Positions 37,673 to 46,976 of a stretch of 64,000 nucleotides of DNA are shown here, piece after piece (within the stretch, counting starts at the first letter, position 1; each line of letters begins with the position of its first letter). The notes below the pieces were generated by a model. It did not search any database, had not been told where the DNA came from, and saw only the letters and a program-made list of their open reading frames with translations. This DNA is from Patescibacteria group bacterium (lineage in GTDB: Bacteria > Patescibacteriota > Patescibacteriia > SG8-24 > DYFX01): assembly GCA_030583805.1 (NCBI GenBank), contig CP129476.1:1094657-1158656 (forward strand), given 5' to 3'. The translations under genes and the position numbers were made by a program.

Positions 37673-38146
37673 TCACGACTCCGATCCGGTGCGGACGATT
37701 CCGCGTCCGAGCATGGTGACGAGCCAGCTTTTGGCTTCCGTCTCCGTGAAGCTGGGGTGGTGGAACAGCGCGAGGAACGCCTCGCCGTTTGCGTTCTCTC
37801 CCCACATGGCCAGGAGCAGCGTATCGGGCTCTTCGAGCATGGCGCGCAAAAGCGAGTCGCGCTCCGGGACTTCGGCGGCACTGTCGCCGAGAAGTTTCCT
37901 GAGCGCCATGAAGCGCGCTTCGTCAGGAATGTTTCCGGCGTCGACGCAGAAGTCGCCGTAGAGCGTACCGTCGATTTTCGCGGCGGCCCAGACGTCGCAA
38001 AACGTCGGCTTCACGACCGGCCAACGGCCGTACGCTTGCGCGAGCAGCAGCTTGCCGTCGGCCAGGTCCGTCGCCGAAACCTGGAACAGCCGCTCGCGCG
38101 CCTCCGAGGAGGGAAAGACGTGTTCTGGCGGTTTCGAAATGGACAT
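37673..38146 (-). CDS. Hypothetical acidic protein, 157 aa (cassette member c).
   Basis: SD caaaggagg before ATG 38146. It lies directly downstream of queA. Confidence 0.55.
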   Translation of the reverse strand: MSISKPPEHVFPSSEARERLFQVSATDLADGKLLLAQAYGRWPVVKPTFCDVWAAAKIDGTLYGDFCVDAGNIPDEARFMALRKLLGDSAAEVPERDSLLRAMLEEPDTLLLAMWGENANGEAFLALFHHPSFTETEAKSWLVTMLGRGIVRTGSES

Positions 38147-38212
38147 GGCGCCTCCTTTGTAAGGGCCATGTCCATTTGAGCATTACGGGGCGGCACGGTC
38201 AATCCTGAAACC

Positions 38213-39238
38213 TCAGACGATCAGCATGGCGTCGCCGTAACTATAGAAGCGGTATTTTTTCTTCACGGCCTCGCGGTACGTTTTGAGCATGCGATCGCGA
38301 CCGGCCAAAGTTGAAACGAGCACGAGCAGCGTTGATTTCGGAAGGTGAAAATTCGTCATCAGGGCGTCGACGACGCGGAACTTGAAACCGGGACGGATGA
38401 AAATATTCACGTCGCCGTGCCAGGCGCAAAGTTCGCCGCCGCATTGCGCAACGGCGCCTTCAAGCGCGCGGACCGTGGTCGTACCGACGGCGATCACGCG
38501 GCGCTTCTCGACTTTTGCCTTCAAGATTTCCTTGACGGTTTTTTCTGGGATCTCAACCCACTCGGCGTGCATCTGATGCGCATCGATCTCATCGGCGCGG
38601 ATCGGTAGGAAGGTGCCGAGTCCGACATGCAGCGTGACTTCCAAAAACGTCACGCCTTTCTTTTTCAGCTTCGCGATCAAGGCCTTGGTGAGATGGAATC
38701 CGGCTGTCGGCGCGGCGACGGAACCGACGCTTTTGGCGTACGCGGTCTGGTATTCGGACGCGCGCGGTTTGCGCGTGATGTAGGGCGGCAGGGGAATCTC
38801 GCCGTTTTTGTCGGCCAGCTTGATGACCGCGTCTTTCTTCATGCCGAAATCGACGAGGATCGAGCCGTCCGCGTCTTTCCATTCGACGGTCGCCACGAAT
38901 CCGCGCGCGATCGTGATTTTCGATCCGTGCGAAAGTTTACGGCCCGGTTTCGCGAGCGCGCGCCAGAATTTGCCCTCAGGGCGCACCAAGAAAATTTCAA
39001 CGGCGGTTTTCTTCGTGTCATTCAGCGTCCCGCCCAGCCGCGCCTTAAAGACCTTGCTGACGTTCACGACGAGCACGTCGCCCTTCTTCAAAAAGTCAGG
39101 GAGATCCTTCACGCGCTTGTGCGAGAGGGTGTCGCTTTTCCGATCCAATACCAAAAGGCGGGCCGACTCGCGCGGCGAGGCCGGTTTCTGGGCAATCAGC
39201 GTTTCTGGGAGGTGATAGTCAAAATCAGATGTGCGCAT
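38213..39238 (-). CDS. queA: S-adenosylmethionine:tRNA ribosyltransferase-isomerase.
   Basis: Full-length QueA: DFDYHLPETLIAQKP... Confidence 0.9.
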   Translation of the reverse strand: MRTSDFDYHLPETLIAQKPASPRESARLLVLDRKSDTLSHKRVKDLPDFLKKGDVLVVNVSKVFKARLGGTLNDTKKTAVEIFLVRPEGKFWRALAKPGRKLSHGSKITIARGFVATVEWKDADGSILVDFGMKKDAVIKLADKNGEIPLPPYITRKPRASEYQTAYAKSVGSVAAPTAGFHLTKALIAKLKKKGVTFLEVTLHVGLGTFLPIRADEIDAHQMHAEWVEIPEKTVKEILKAKVEKRRVIAVGTTTVRALEGAVAQCGGELCAWHGDVNIFIRPGFKFRVVDALMTNFHLPKSTLLVLVSTLAGRDRMLKTYREAVKKKYRFYSYGDAMLIV

Positions 39239-39263
39239 ACGGCGTCCATTGTAGCACGGGCGG

Positions 39264-39292
39264 TTGACACGCTCCCTTTTTTCGACTAGGGT
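39264..39292 (+). promoter_or_regulatory. Promoter (TTGACA, 17 nt, TAGGGT) for the gene at 39322, in the queA-divergent intergenic region.
   Basis: Consensus -35 with 17-nt spacing. Confidence 0.45.
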
Positions 39293-39321
39293 TCCGACGT
39301 TCCAATCACGGAGGAGGAATC

Positions 39322-39876
39322 GTGAACTTCTTTCATCTCGATGACGATGAGTCCCCGCAAGTGCCTGCCGAGCGCGTCACTCTCGAGGGCATCACGGTCA
39401 CTCGACCGATCGCGTGCTACGGCCTGCACGTATCGATCGACACGGAGAACGACTGGGCCTGTCTGGCGCACGTGTTGATCACGTTCGATGACGAGCAGGA
39501 TCCGGACACGCTCGCCGTGTCGCTGCCGGACTGCCTCTCGCCGCTGCTCTTCAAGGACTGGGCGATCGCCGTCACCTTTCTGCTCGCCGAGGGTGTCGAG
39601 ACGCTCGAGCGGGCGATGGGTCGCCATCTTTCAAATGGCGTTCGCATCGACTTCGAGGCTCTGGGTGAGGAAGTGCGCATGACCGTCACGTTCGATGATG
39701 GGCGCGAACAGGTCGCCCGATTGCCGTTCGAACACTTCGGCGGCGCCTTCATCGAGTACGATGACACGGAAGACCTTCTCGAAGAAGCGGCGTGCGTCGA
39801 CGAGCGCACATCTGTCGAGAAGCCGATGGTCAAGACGGCTCCTCCCGGGAACGCCTCCGAATACGATCCGTCCTGA
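39322..39876 (+). CDS. Hypothetical acidic protein, 184 aa (cassette member e), with a GTG start.
   Basis: SD ggaggagg before GTG 39322. No recognisable domain. Confidence 0.55.
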   Translation: MNFFHLDDDESPQVPAERVTLEGITVTRPIACYGLHVSIDTENDWACLAHVLITFDDEQDPDTLAVSLPDCLSPLLFKDWAIAVTFLLAEGVETLERAMGRHLSNGVRIDFEALGEEVRMTVTFDDGREQVARLPFEHFGGAFIEYDDTEDLLEEAACVDERTSVEKPMVKTAPPGNASEYDPS

Positions 39877-39920
39877 CGCCCCTTTCTCCGGGGCGTCTTT
39901 TCTTTTACACTGGCCACGCT

Positions 39921-40766
39921 ATGCCCGAACTCCCCGAAGTCGAAACCCTGCGCCGTCAGATGGAAAAAGCGCTCGTCGGACGCTCCGTGAAGAGCGTGGA
40001 CGTGCGTTTCGGTCGGAAAATTTTTCCGTCGGCCGCCGCGCTCGTGCGGGCCGCTTCCGGCGCGAAGTTCAAGGCCTTCGGCCGCCGCGCGAAGCTCCTG
40101 CTCGCGCACCTTTCGAACGGCTGGACGATCGTCACGCATTTAAAAATGACCGGTTCGTATCTTTTAAAGAAAGAAAGGGAGACGCCGACCAAGCATACGC
40201 ACGTCGTGTTTCATCTCGATAAGAAGGAGCAGCTTTGGTTCGAAGACGTGCGCAAGTTCGGGTTCTTGAAACTCGTGAAAACCGCCGATCTCGAAAAAGT
40301 TCTCTTCGAGAAAGAAGGGTACGGACCGGAACCGCTCGATCCGTCGTTCACGTTCAAGAGGTTCAAGATGTGCGTGACGGCGCGCCCACACAAGAAAATC
40401 AAACCGCTCTTGCTCGACCAAGGCTGCATTGCGGGCATTGGCAACATTTATGCCGACGAAGCGTGCTGGTACGCGAAGGTGCATCCCGAACGCACGGTCG
40501 GCTCGCTTTCGGAAAAGGAATTGAAGGGCGTGTATGACGGCGCCGTGAAAGCTTTGTGCGCCTCCGTGAAGCGCCTTGGTTCCTCGTCCGACAACTATCG
40601 CGACCTCTACGGCGAGAAAGGCGGCAACGTGCCGCATCTTTGGGTTTACAACCGCGAAGGGAAGCCGTGCCGGCGTTGCGGCGCGTCGCTCAAGAAAATG
40701 TGGGTCGCAAGCCGCGGCGCGCACTATTGCCCCGTATGCCAGAAGCCGCCGCGATCCGCAAAGTGA
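39921..40766 (+). CDS. mutM: Formamidopyrimidine-DNA glycosylase (Fpg/MutM).
   Basis: N-terminal PELPEVE catalytic motif; H2TH; C-terminal CxxC-x-CxxC zinc finger. ATG at 39921. Confidence 0.9.
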   Translation: MPELPEVETLRRQMEKALVGRSVKSVDVRFGRKIFPSAAALVRAASGAKFKAFGRRAKLLLAHLSNGWTIVTHLKMTGSYLLKKERETPTKHTHVVFHLDKKEQLWFEDVRKFGFLKLVKTADLEKVLFEKEGYGPEPLDPSFTFKRFKMCVTARPHKKIKPLLLDQGCIAGIGNIYADEACWYAKVHPERTVGSLSEKELKGVYDGAVKALCASVKRLGSSSDNYRDLYGEKGGNVPHLWVYNREGKPCRRCGASLKKMWVASRGAHYCPVCQKPPRSAK

Positions 40767-41377
40767 TCGAAACGCTCAGGCGTCACTTTCCCGGGAAAGG
40801 TGCCGTCGAGCTTGATCGTCCTGAAGACGTGCTTTTGGCGACCGTCTTGTCCGCCCGGACGCGCGACGAGCAAGTGCTGAAGGTCTATCCGAAATTGCGG
40901 AAACGATTCCCGACGCTCGCATCCCTAAAGAAAGCCTCCGTGTCGGAGATCGCGGACGCGATCAAAGAGATCGGCTTATACCGTGCCAAGGCGAAATCAG
41001 TGAAGGGGATCGCCGAAGCGTTGCTCGACGCGCACGGCGGAAACGTTCCCGATACGATGGAGGCCTTGGTCGCGCTGCCGGGCGTCGGCCGCAAAACGGC
41101 CAACTGCGTTTTGTGTTATGCTTTCAAAAAGCCCGCAATCGCCGTCGATACGCACGTGCACCGCATCGCGAACCGCCTCGGCTGGGTGCGCACGCCTGAT
41201 CCGCAAAAAACGGAATTCGCGCTCATGCGGCTGATTCCTAAGGGTCTCTGGCTCCACGTGAACCGCGTCTTCGTCCAATTCGGCCGCGCCGTCTGCGTGC
41301 CGGGCCGGCCGCGTTGCTGGAAGTGCCCCGTCGCGCGCTTGTGCCGCTATCCTCGCAAGACCATCACACCATCATGA
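40736..41377 (+). CDS. nth: Endonuclease III.
   Basis: HhH-GPD (LPGVGRKTANCVL...AVDTHVHR) and a 4Fe-4S cluster (CVPGRPRCWKCPVARLC). It overlaps the mutM 3' end by 31 nt. Confidence 0.9.
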   Translation: MPEAAAIRKVIETLRRHFPGKGAVELDRPEDVLLATVLSARTRDEQVLKVYPKLRKRFPTLASLKKASVSEIADAIKEIGLYRAKAKSVKGIAEALLDAHGGNVPDTMEALVALPGVGRKTANCVLCYAFKKPAIAVDTHVHRIANRLGWVRTPDPQKTEFALMRLIPKGLWLHVNRVFVQFGRAVCVPGRPRCWKCPVARLCRYPRKTITPS

Positions 41378-42936
41378 AATCGAAAGGGTTCACGCTCATC
41401 GAGCTGCTCATCACGACGGTCATCATCGGACTTCTCTCCGTGGCGGCTTCGACGACGTATCAATTCGTCCGCTCAAATGCGCGCGATGCCCGACGCGTTG
41501 CCGACATGCGCACGATCCGAAACGCGATCGAGATTTATTACGAGCAAAACGCGAAATATCCGACGGCGCCACCGGAAGGCATCGTGCTTGGCTCCGACGC
41601 CGGCAAGATGATTTCCGACGCCGGCATTACGCCGTACGGCGGCGAGCGCGGCTTGGTGTATTTGCAGAACGTGCCGTTCAACGTGCTGCCGTACGGCCTT
41701 CCGTACACGTACCGTTCGTTGAGCCGCGATGGGAAAGTCTGCCAGGTCGATTGTCCGAGTTATGAAGTGGCTTTTGCGCTTGAGGCGCCCGTCGGCTCGC
41801 TCGCGGCCGGACCCCACCTGCTGACGGAAGCGGGGATTCTCGGCGAGGAATCCGAAACGAGCGGCGTGTCCCGCTTCGCCGTGATCGTCAACTACTTGCC
41901 GTCATCGAAGGAATTGGATGCGGCTTTCGGCACAGCCGAAGAGCTCGCCGCGCTTGCCAGCGAAACGGCGGCGCGCGAGGACGTGCAAGCCGCGAACACG
42001 ATGGTCGTCGTGCCGGTCTCGCTGTTGTCGATCTTGGCGAGCGTCAGCGCGGCGTTTTCCTCCGCCGTGCCGATCGGCAACGCCGGGCAGGTGTTTCTCG
42101 CCTTTTTGGCGCAACCGCTCCTGCTCTTCTCTCGCCGAAAACGGCGGCGCTGGGGCGTCGTCTATCACGCCGGCACCAAAGTGCCGATCGATCTGGCCAC
42201 GGTGCGACTGCTCGACGGCAAGACGGGTCGCGTCGTCGCGACGAAAGTCACCGACAAGGACGGACGCTTCGCGTTCGCGCCGGATGCGGGAGAGTACCGC
42301 CTGGAAGTCGTGAAGCCCGGATTCGTTTTTCCGGCCGCGTCCCTCCAAGCCGTGAACGAGGACGGCGCTTTTGCCGACATTTACCATGGAACGCTGCTTC
42401 ACGCGGAAGGCGGAGCGCAGGTGCTGACCGTCAACGTGCCTCTTGATCCCGAGGACGAGCCGCTCACCGACGTGCGCGAGCTCCTGTCCGCGAAGAACAA
42501 GAATACGCTGCGTAAGGCCGGCGCGCTTGCCGGTCCGACGCTCAGCGTCCTGGCGCTGGCCATTACGCCGACGCTCAAGATGCTCGCGCTGTTCGCGTTG
42601 CAGGTCGTCTTGTACCGGATGTTCAAGCGGTTCGCCGTACCGCCGGTGCCGAAATCGTTCGGCGTGCTTCATGACATCGATACGCGCAAACCGATCCCCG
42701 GCGCGGTCGTGCGCGTGCTCTCGTTGCCGTACCATAAAGTGCTGGAAACGCGCCTGACCGACGCGCAGGGTCGTTACGCGTTCAACGTCGGCGCGGGCCT
42801 GTACTACCTGACCGCCCTCAAACCCGGTTATGAGAAAACGGAAACAGACCAGATCGACTTCAGCAAGAACGAGAAGCCGGCCTGGATCGCCGCCGACCTG
42901 CCGATGCGCAAAACCCGCACGAGACTGGAAACCTAA
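41374..42936 (+). CDS. Giant type IV pilin-like protein: an N-terminal prepilin domain, then TM segments and two transthyretin/CarbopepD-regulatory-like repeats.
   Basis: Prepilin motif MKSKG|FTLIELLITTVIIGLL. The repeats are GKTGRVVATKVTDKDGRFAF...YRLEVVKPGF and VLETRLTDAQGRYAF...YYLTALKPGYE. ATGA overlap with the nth stop. Confidence 0.7.
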   Translation: MKSKGFTLIELLITTVIIGLLSVAASTTYQFVRSNARDARRVADMRTIRNAIEIYYEQNAKYPTAPPEGIVLGSDAGKMISDAGITPYGGERGLVYLQNVPFNVLPYGLPYTYRSLSRDGKVCQVDCPSYEVAFALEAPVGSLAAGPHLLTEAGILGEESETSGVSRFAVIVNYLPSSKELDAAFGTAEELAALASETAAREDVQAANTMVVVPVSLLSILASVSAAFSSAVPIGNAGQVFLAFLAQPLLLFSRRKRRRWGVVYHAGTKVPIDLATVRLLDGKTGRVVATKVTDKDGRFAFAPDAGEYRLEVVKPGFVFPAASLQAVNEDGAFADIYHGTLLHAEGGAQVLTVNVPLDPEDEPLTDVRELLSAKNKNTLRKAGALAGPTLSVLALAITPTLKMLALFALQVVLYRMFKRFAVPPVPKSFGVLHDIDTRKPIPGAVVRVLSLPYHKVLETRLTDAQGRYAFNVGAGLYYLTALKPGYEKTETDQIDFSKNEKPAWIAADLPMRKTRTRLET

Positions 42937-42960
42937 CGGGTTTTAAGCTACGATGCCTCC

Positions 42961-43722
42961 ATGACCTTCGTTTGGATCCTGACGGCCAGCGGGTTGTCCG
43001 GGCTCATCGCCTTGCTGCTCGCGCTCGCGCTTTATAAGGGGAAACTCTGGTCCCACGACCGTTCCCACGACTTTTTGAGTTTCGCCGCCGGAACGCTTTT
43101 GACCGTCGCCTTCCTCGACCTGCTTCCCGAAGCCGTCGAGGCGTATGAAGAAGCTTCAGGCGGCCACGCCATCGACTCGGCCGTATTGGCGGTGCTGGGC
43201 GGATTCCTCGTGTTCTTCGTCATCGAGAAGCTGCTCTTTTGGTATCACTGCCACGAAGAGCACTGCGACGTGCATACGTCCTCGACGATGGTGCTGATCG
43301 GCGACACCCTGCACAACTTTTTGGACGGCATCGCGATCGCCGTCGCGTTCCTGGTAAGCCCGGCTGTCGGCGTCGCCACCACGGTTGCCGTTTTCCTTCA
43401 CGAGATTCCGCAAGAGGTCGCCGACTTCAGCACGCTGCTCTCCAGCGGCATGCGGCCGCGGCGCGCGATTTTCTTCAACGCGATGTCGGCGATGGCCAGT
43501 CTTGCCGGCGCCATGCTCGCATACTTCTTCTCGACGCAAATTGGCGGCGCGCTGCCGGCGCTTCTCGGCCTGACCGCCGGCGGCTTTATCTACGTCGCCG
43601 CCTCCGACCTGATCCCCGAGATCCATAAGGAACGCCGCCGCTCGATGATGGTGCGCCAGTTCACGATCTTCCTCATGGGCTGCGCGATCATCTTCGCCCT
43701 GACCCGCCTGATCGCCCACTGA
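42961..43722 (+). CDS. ZIP-family metal (zinc) transporter.
   Basis: ZIP signatures HNFLDGIAIA and HEIPQEVADF; eight TM segments. Confidence 0.85.
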   Translation: MTFVWILTASGLSGLIALLLALALYKGKLWSHDRSHDFLSFAAGTLLTVAFLDLLPEAVEAYEEASGGHAIDSAVLAVLGGFLVFFVIEKLLFWYHCHEEHCDVHTSSTMVLIGDTLHNFLDGIAIAVAFLVSPAVGVATTVAVFLHEIPQEVADFSTLLSSGMRPRRAIFFNAMSAMASLAGAMLAYFFSTQIGGALPALLGLTAGGFIYVAASDLIPEIHKERRRSMMVRQFTIFLMGCAIIFALTRLIAH

Positions 43723-44303
43723 TGAACTACGACATCGAACTCTTTCGCGCGATAAACGGATTGGCGGGACGCAATGTTTCCGCCGATGCTGTTTTTATTT
43801 TCGGCGCGAAGTGGCTGATTTTCGTCATGGCGATGCTCATCGTCGCGTACGTCGCTTGGGCGTGGAAAACGTCCGAGTTTGAACATCGCGTCGAGCACGC
43901 TTGGCATATCACGGTCGGTTTTGCGCTCGCCTTCGTGACAGAACGTCTCATCGGGTTCTTGTGGTTCCGCCCGCGTCCCTTCGTCGCGCTGCCGGACGTG
44001 GTCAAATTGATCGAAAAATCAGCGGAAGAAAAATCATTTCCTTCGGGACATACGACGTCGGCGTTCGTGCTGGCATTCGGACTCCTGCTTCATCATCGCA
44101 AGTGGGGCGCGGCGCTCTGCGTGTTGGCGGCGTGGGTAAGCTTTTCGCGCGTCTTCGTCGGCGTGCATTACCCGACGGATCTTCTCGGCGGCGTCGTCGT
44201 CGCGGCCGTCGCGGCATTGGCGACCCGGCCGGTCGCGAAGGCCATCGAACCCTATCTCGAGTTCTTGCCGGTCTTCCGCAAGTATAAGCAACGCGACGCA
44301 TGA
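43722..44303 (+). CDS. PAP2-family phosphatase (undecaprenyl-diphosphatase-like).
   Basis: KxxxxxxRP, PSGH, and SRxxxxxHxxxD motifs (FPSGHTTSA, SRVFVGVHYPTD). Confidence 0.8.
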   Translation: MNYDIELFRAINGLAGRNVSADAVFIFGAKWLIFVMAMLIVAYVAWAWKTSEFEHRVEHAWHITVGFALAFVTERLIGFLWFRPRPFVALPDVVKLIEKSAEEKSFPSGHTTSAFVLAFGLLLHHRKWGAALCVLAAWVSFSRVFVGVHYPTDLLGGVVVAAVAALATRPVAKAIEPYLEFLPVFRKYKQRDA

Positions 44304-45391
44304 GCCTGTACGCCATTCTTTTGGCAGGCGGCAGCGGTACGCGCCTCTGGCCCGTCTCCCGAAAAAACACCCCGAAGCAGCTCCAGCCGATTCTCGGGTC
44401 GGACACGCTGCTGCGTTCCACCTGGAAGCGGCTCCGTGCCGGCTTGCCGGCTTCGCGCATCTTGGTCGTGACGAACGCCGCGCAGGCGGAACTGATCCGC
44501 AAGGATCTGCCGGAACTTCCGGAAGCGAACCTGCTCGTCGAGCCGATGAAGCGCGACACGGCCGCCGCCGTCGGCTTCGGCGCCGCGATCGCTTTGTCGC
44601 GCGACCCGCAAGCGACGGTCGCCACCATCAATTCCGACGCCTACGTCAAAAACGAAAAGGAATACTGGCGCGTGATCCGCATGGCCGAAAAGGCCGCGCG
44701 AAAATCCGGCAAGATCGCCTTAATCGGCGTGCGCCCTTCCTATCCGGAAACGGGCTACGGCTACATCAAGATGGGATCGCAGCTCTTCCGCTTCAAGCGC
44801 GAGGGCGGCTACGACGAAGTCTTCGGCGTCGAAGGCTTCCGCGAGAAGCCCGATCTCGCCACGGCTGAAACGTACGTTTCGCGCTGGGAATATCTCTGGA
44901 ACCCGACCTTGATCGTCGCCGAAGGAAAAACGCTGATGCAGGCGTTCAAGGCGCACCTGCCGAAAACCTGGAAGCTCTTGGAACAGATCCGTGCCGCCGC
45001 CGGCACGCCGCGATTCCAAAAAACCCTCGCGAAAGCGTTTGCGCGTATCGTGCCGATCTCGATCGATTACGGCGTGCTCGAAAAGGAAAAGGGGATGGTC
45101 GTGGTGCCCGCCGACTTCGGCTGGGCCGACGTCGGGCACTGGCGCGCGGTCCACGACACGCTTTCCGGCAAGAAAAACAACAACGTCGTGCGCGGGAAAC
45201 ATATCAGCCACGATTCAAGCGGAAACCTGCTGTACAGCTTTACCGGAAAGCTGATCGCCACCGCGGGTTTGAACAGCATGATCGTGCTTGAAACGGAGGA
45301 CGTGATTCTCGTCTGCCCGAAAGATCGGGCGCAAGACGTGAAGAAGCTCGTCGAAGCGCTCGAAAAGAAAAAAATGAAAAAGTATCTCTGA
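44300..45391 (+). CDS. Mannose-1-phosphate guanylyltransferase-like NDP-sugar pyrophosphorylase.
   Basis: LAGGSGTRLWPVSR N-terminal signature. The length (363 aa) and C-terminal region fit ManC/GMP. Confidence 0.8.
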   Translation: MSLYAILLAGGSGTRLWPVSRKNTPKQLQPILGSDTLLRSTWKRLRAGLPASRILVVTNAAQAELIRKDLPELPEANLLVEPMKRDTAAAVGFGAAIALSRDPQATVATINSDAYVKNEKEYWRVIRMAEKAARKSGKIALIGVRPSYPETGYGYIKMGSQLFRFKREGGYDEVFGVEGFREKPDLATAETYVSRWEYLWNPTLIVAEGKTLMQAFKAHLPKTWKLLEQIRAAAGTPRFQKTLAKAFARIVPISIDYGVLEKEKGMVVVPADFGWADVGHWRAVHDTLSGKKNNNVVRGKHISHDSSGNLLYSFTGKLIATAGLNSMIVLETEDVILVCPKDRAQDVKKLVEALEKKKMKKYL

Positions 45392-45392
45392 T

Positions 45393-45953
45393 ATGGAAAT
45401 CAAGCCTTGGAAAGTTCTCGATTCGAAAACGGCGTTCAACAACCGTTTTTGGAACATCATGCAGGAAACGGTGGAACTTCCTGATGGAAGCGTTTACTCC
45501 GAATTTTTCGTGAACGAGCATACGGGCGCCGCACAAGTCTTTGCGCTCACGGAAGACGGCATGGTCGTGATGAACCGGCAGTACAAGCACGGCACCAGGG
45601 TTATCGAAACGGAACACGCGATCGGCGCGCTCAAAGCCGGCGAAGACCCGCTCCTGGCCGCGCAGCGCGAGTTGCTGGAAGAAACCGGGTACGGAGAAGG
45701 CGAATGGGAATCGCTCGGCGCGCACGCGCCCAGTCCCACGGCCTCGCGCTCCTTGTTCCACGCCTACATCGCCAAAAACGTTCGGCTGATCGCTGAGCCC
45801 GTCTCCGATCCGCGCGAAGTCATCGAAACGTTTTTGGTCGATCCGAAAGCGCTGCCTGAAATGATCGCGCGCGGCGAGATTCGTTCGCTCGCGTCGATTT
45901 CCCTCGCGTTTCTCGCGCTTACGAAACTTGGATTGCTTGAAACGAAATCATGA
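45393..45953 (+). CDS. NUDIX hydrolase.
   Basis: Nudix box GALKAGEDPLLAAQRELLEETGY. Confidence 0.75.
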   Translation: MEIKPWKVLDSKTAFNNRFWNIMQETVELPDGSVYSEFFVNEHTGAAQVFALTEDGMVVMNRQYKHGTRVIETEHAIGALKAGEDPLLAAQRELLEETGYGEGEWESLGAHAPSPTASRSLFHAYIAKNVRLIAEPVSDPREVIETFLVDPKALPEMIARGEIRSLASISLAFLALTKLGLLETKS

Positions 45954-46975
45954 AGTCGTTCCTCCTCGCGGTTCTCCTCGTCATTTTTGCAGGCAGTTTC
46001 GTCTTTTTGCGTTCCGACCGGCCGGTATCGAAGGACGCGAAGAGCGTCGTGTATATCGTGAACCCCGGTGACGGCGCGCGCGTGATCGCCGAGGGCCTCG
46101 AGAAGGCCGCGCTGATCCGCAGCGAGCGCTATTTCCTGTTCACCGTCTGGCGCCGCGGCAGCCAGGCGAAGTTCGCGGCCGGTGCCTTCGAACTGTCGCC
46201 GTCCATGACGACGGGGGAGATTGAAAAGATGCTCACGGGCGGCAAGCCGATCTCGAACGAGCGCAACGTCACGGTTCTTGAGGGCTGGACGATCGACGAC
46301 ATCGCCGAGTATTTGGAAAACGAAGGTGTCGCTTCGCAAAAAGAGTTTTACGCCGAGGTCGGGAAAAGCGCGACGTTCGCGAAAGCGGGCGAGTTGCCGG
46401 ATTGGGCCGCTTCGTATCCCGCGCTCGCCGGCTTGCCGGCGACGGCCTCGCTCGAAGGGTATTTGTTCCCCGACACCTATCGCATCTACGCCGATGGCGG
46501 CGCCAAAGCCCTCGTGCGCCGCATGCTCGACAATTTCGAAACCAAGCTGACGCCTGAGTTGCGGGCGGAGATCGCGGCTTCGGGCCGCTCAATCCGCGAT
46601 ATCGTGATCATGGCTTCGGTTATCGAGCGCGAAGTGCGCGGCGCGGAAGACAGCGCGATGGTCTCCGACGTTTTTTGGAAACGCGTCGACGCGGGTTGGG
46701 GTCTCGAAGCGGACTCGACGGTCAACTACATCACTGGCCACTCGAAACCGTCGGTGAGCTACGCCGAAACGCGCATCGATCATCCCTGGAACACCTATAA
46801 GTACCGCGGCCTGCCGGCCGGACCGATCGGCAATCCCGGCATGACGGCGATCATCGCCGCGATCCGTCCCAAGAGCAATCCCTACTGGTACTTCCTGACC
46901 GACGAAGCGGGGACGGTCTACTACGGCAAGACGCTCGACGAGCATAACGCCAATAAAGCGAAGTATCTCCGCTGA
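45950..46975 (+). CDS. mltG: Endolytic murein transglycosylase MltG (YceG family).
   Basis: N-terminal TM; conserved EGYLFPDTY, LEADSTVNY and NTYKYRGLPAGPIGNPG. Confidence 0.85.
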   Translation: MKSFLLAVLLVIFAGSFVFLRSDRPVSKDAKSVVYIVNPGDGARVIAEGLEKAALIRSERYFLFTVWRRGSQAKFAAGAFELSPSMTTGEIEKMLTGGKPISNERNVTVLEGWTIDDIAEYLENEGVASQKEFYAEVGKSATFAKAGELPDWAASYPALAGLPATASLEGYLFPDTYRIYADGGAKALVRRMLDNFETKLTPELRAEIAASGRSIRDIVIMASVIEREVRGAEDSAMVSDVFWKRVDAGWGLEADSTVNYITGHSKPSVSYAETRIDHPWNTYKYRGLPAGPIGNPGMTAIIAAIRPKSNPYWYFLTDEAGTVYYGKTLDEHNANKAKYLR

Positions 46976-46976
46976 T

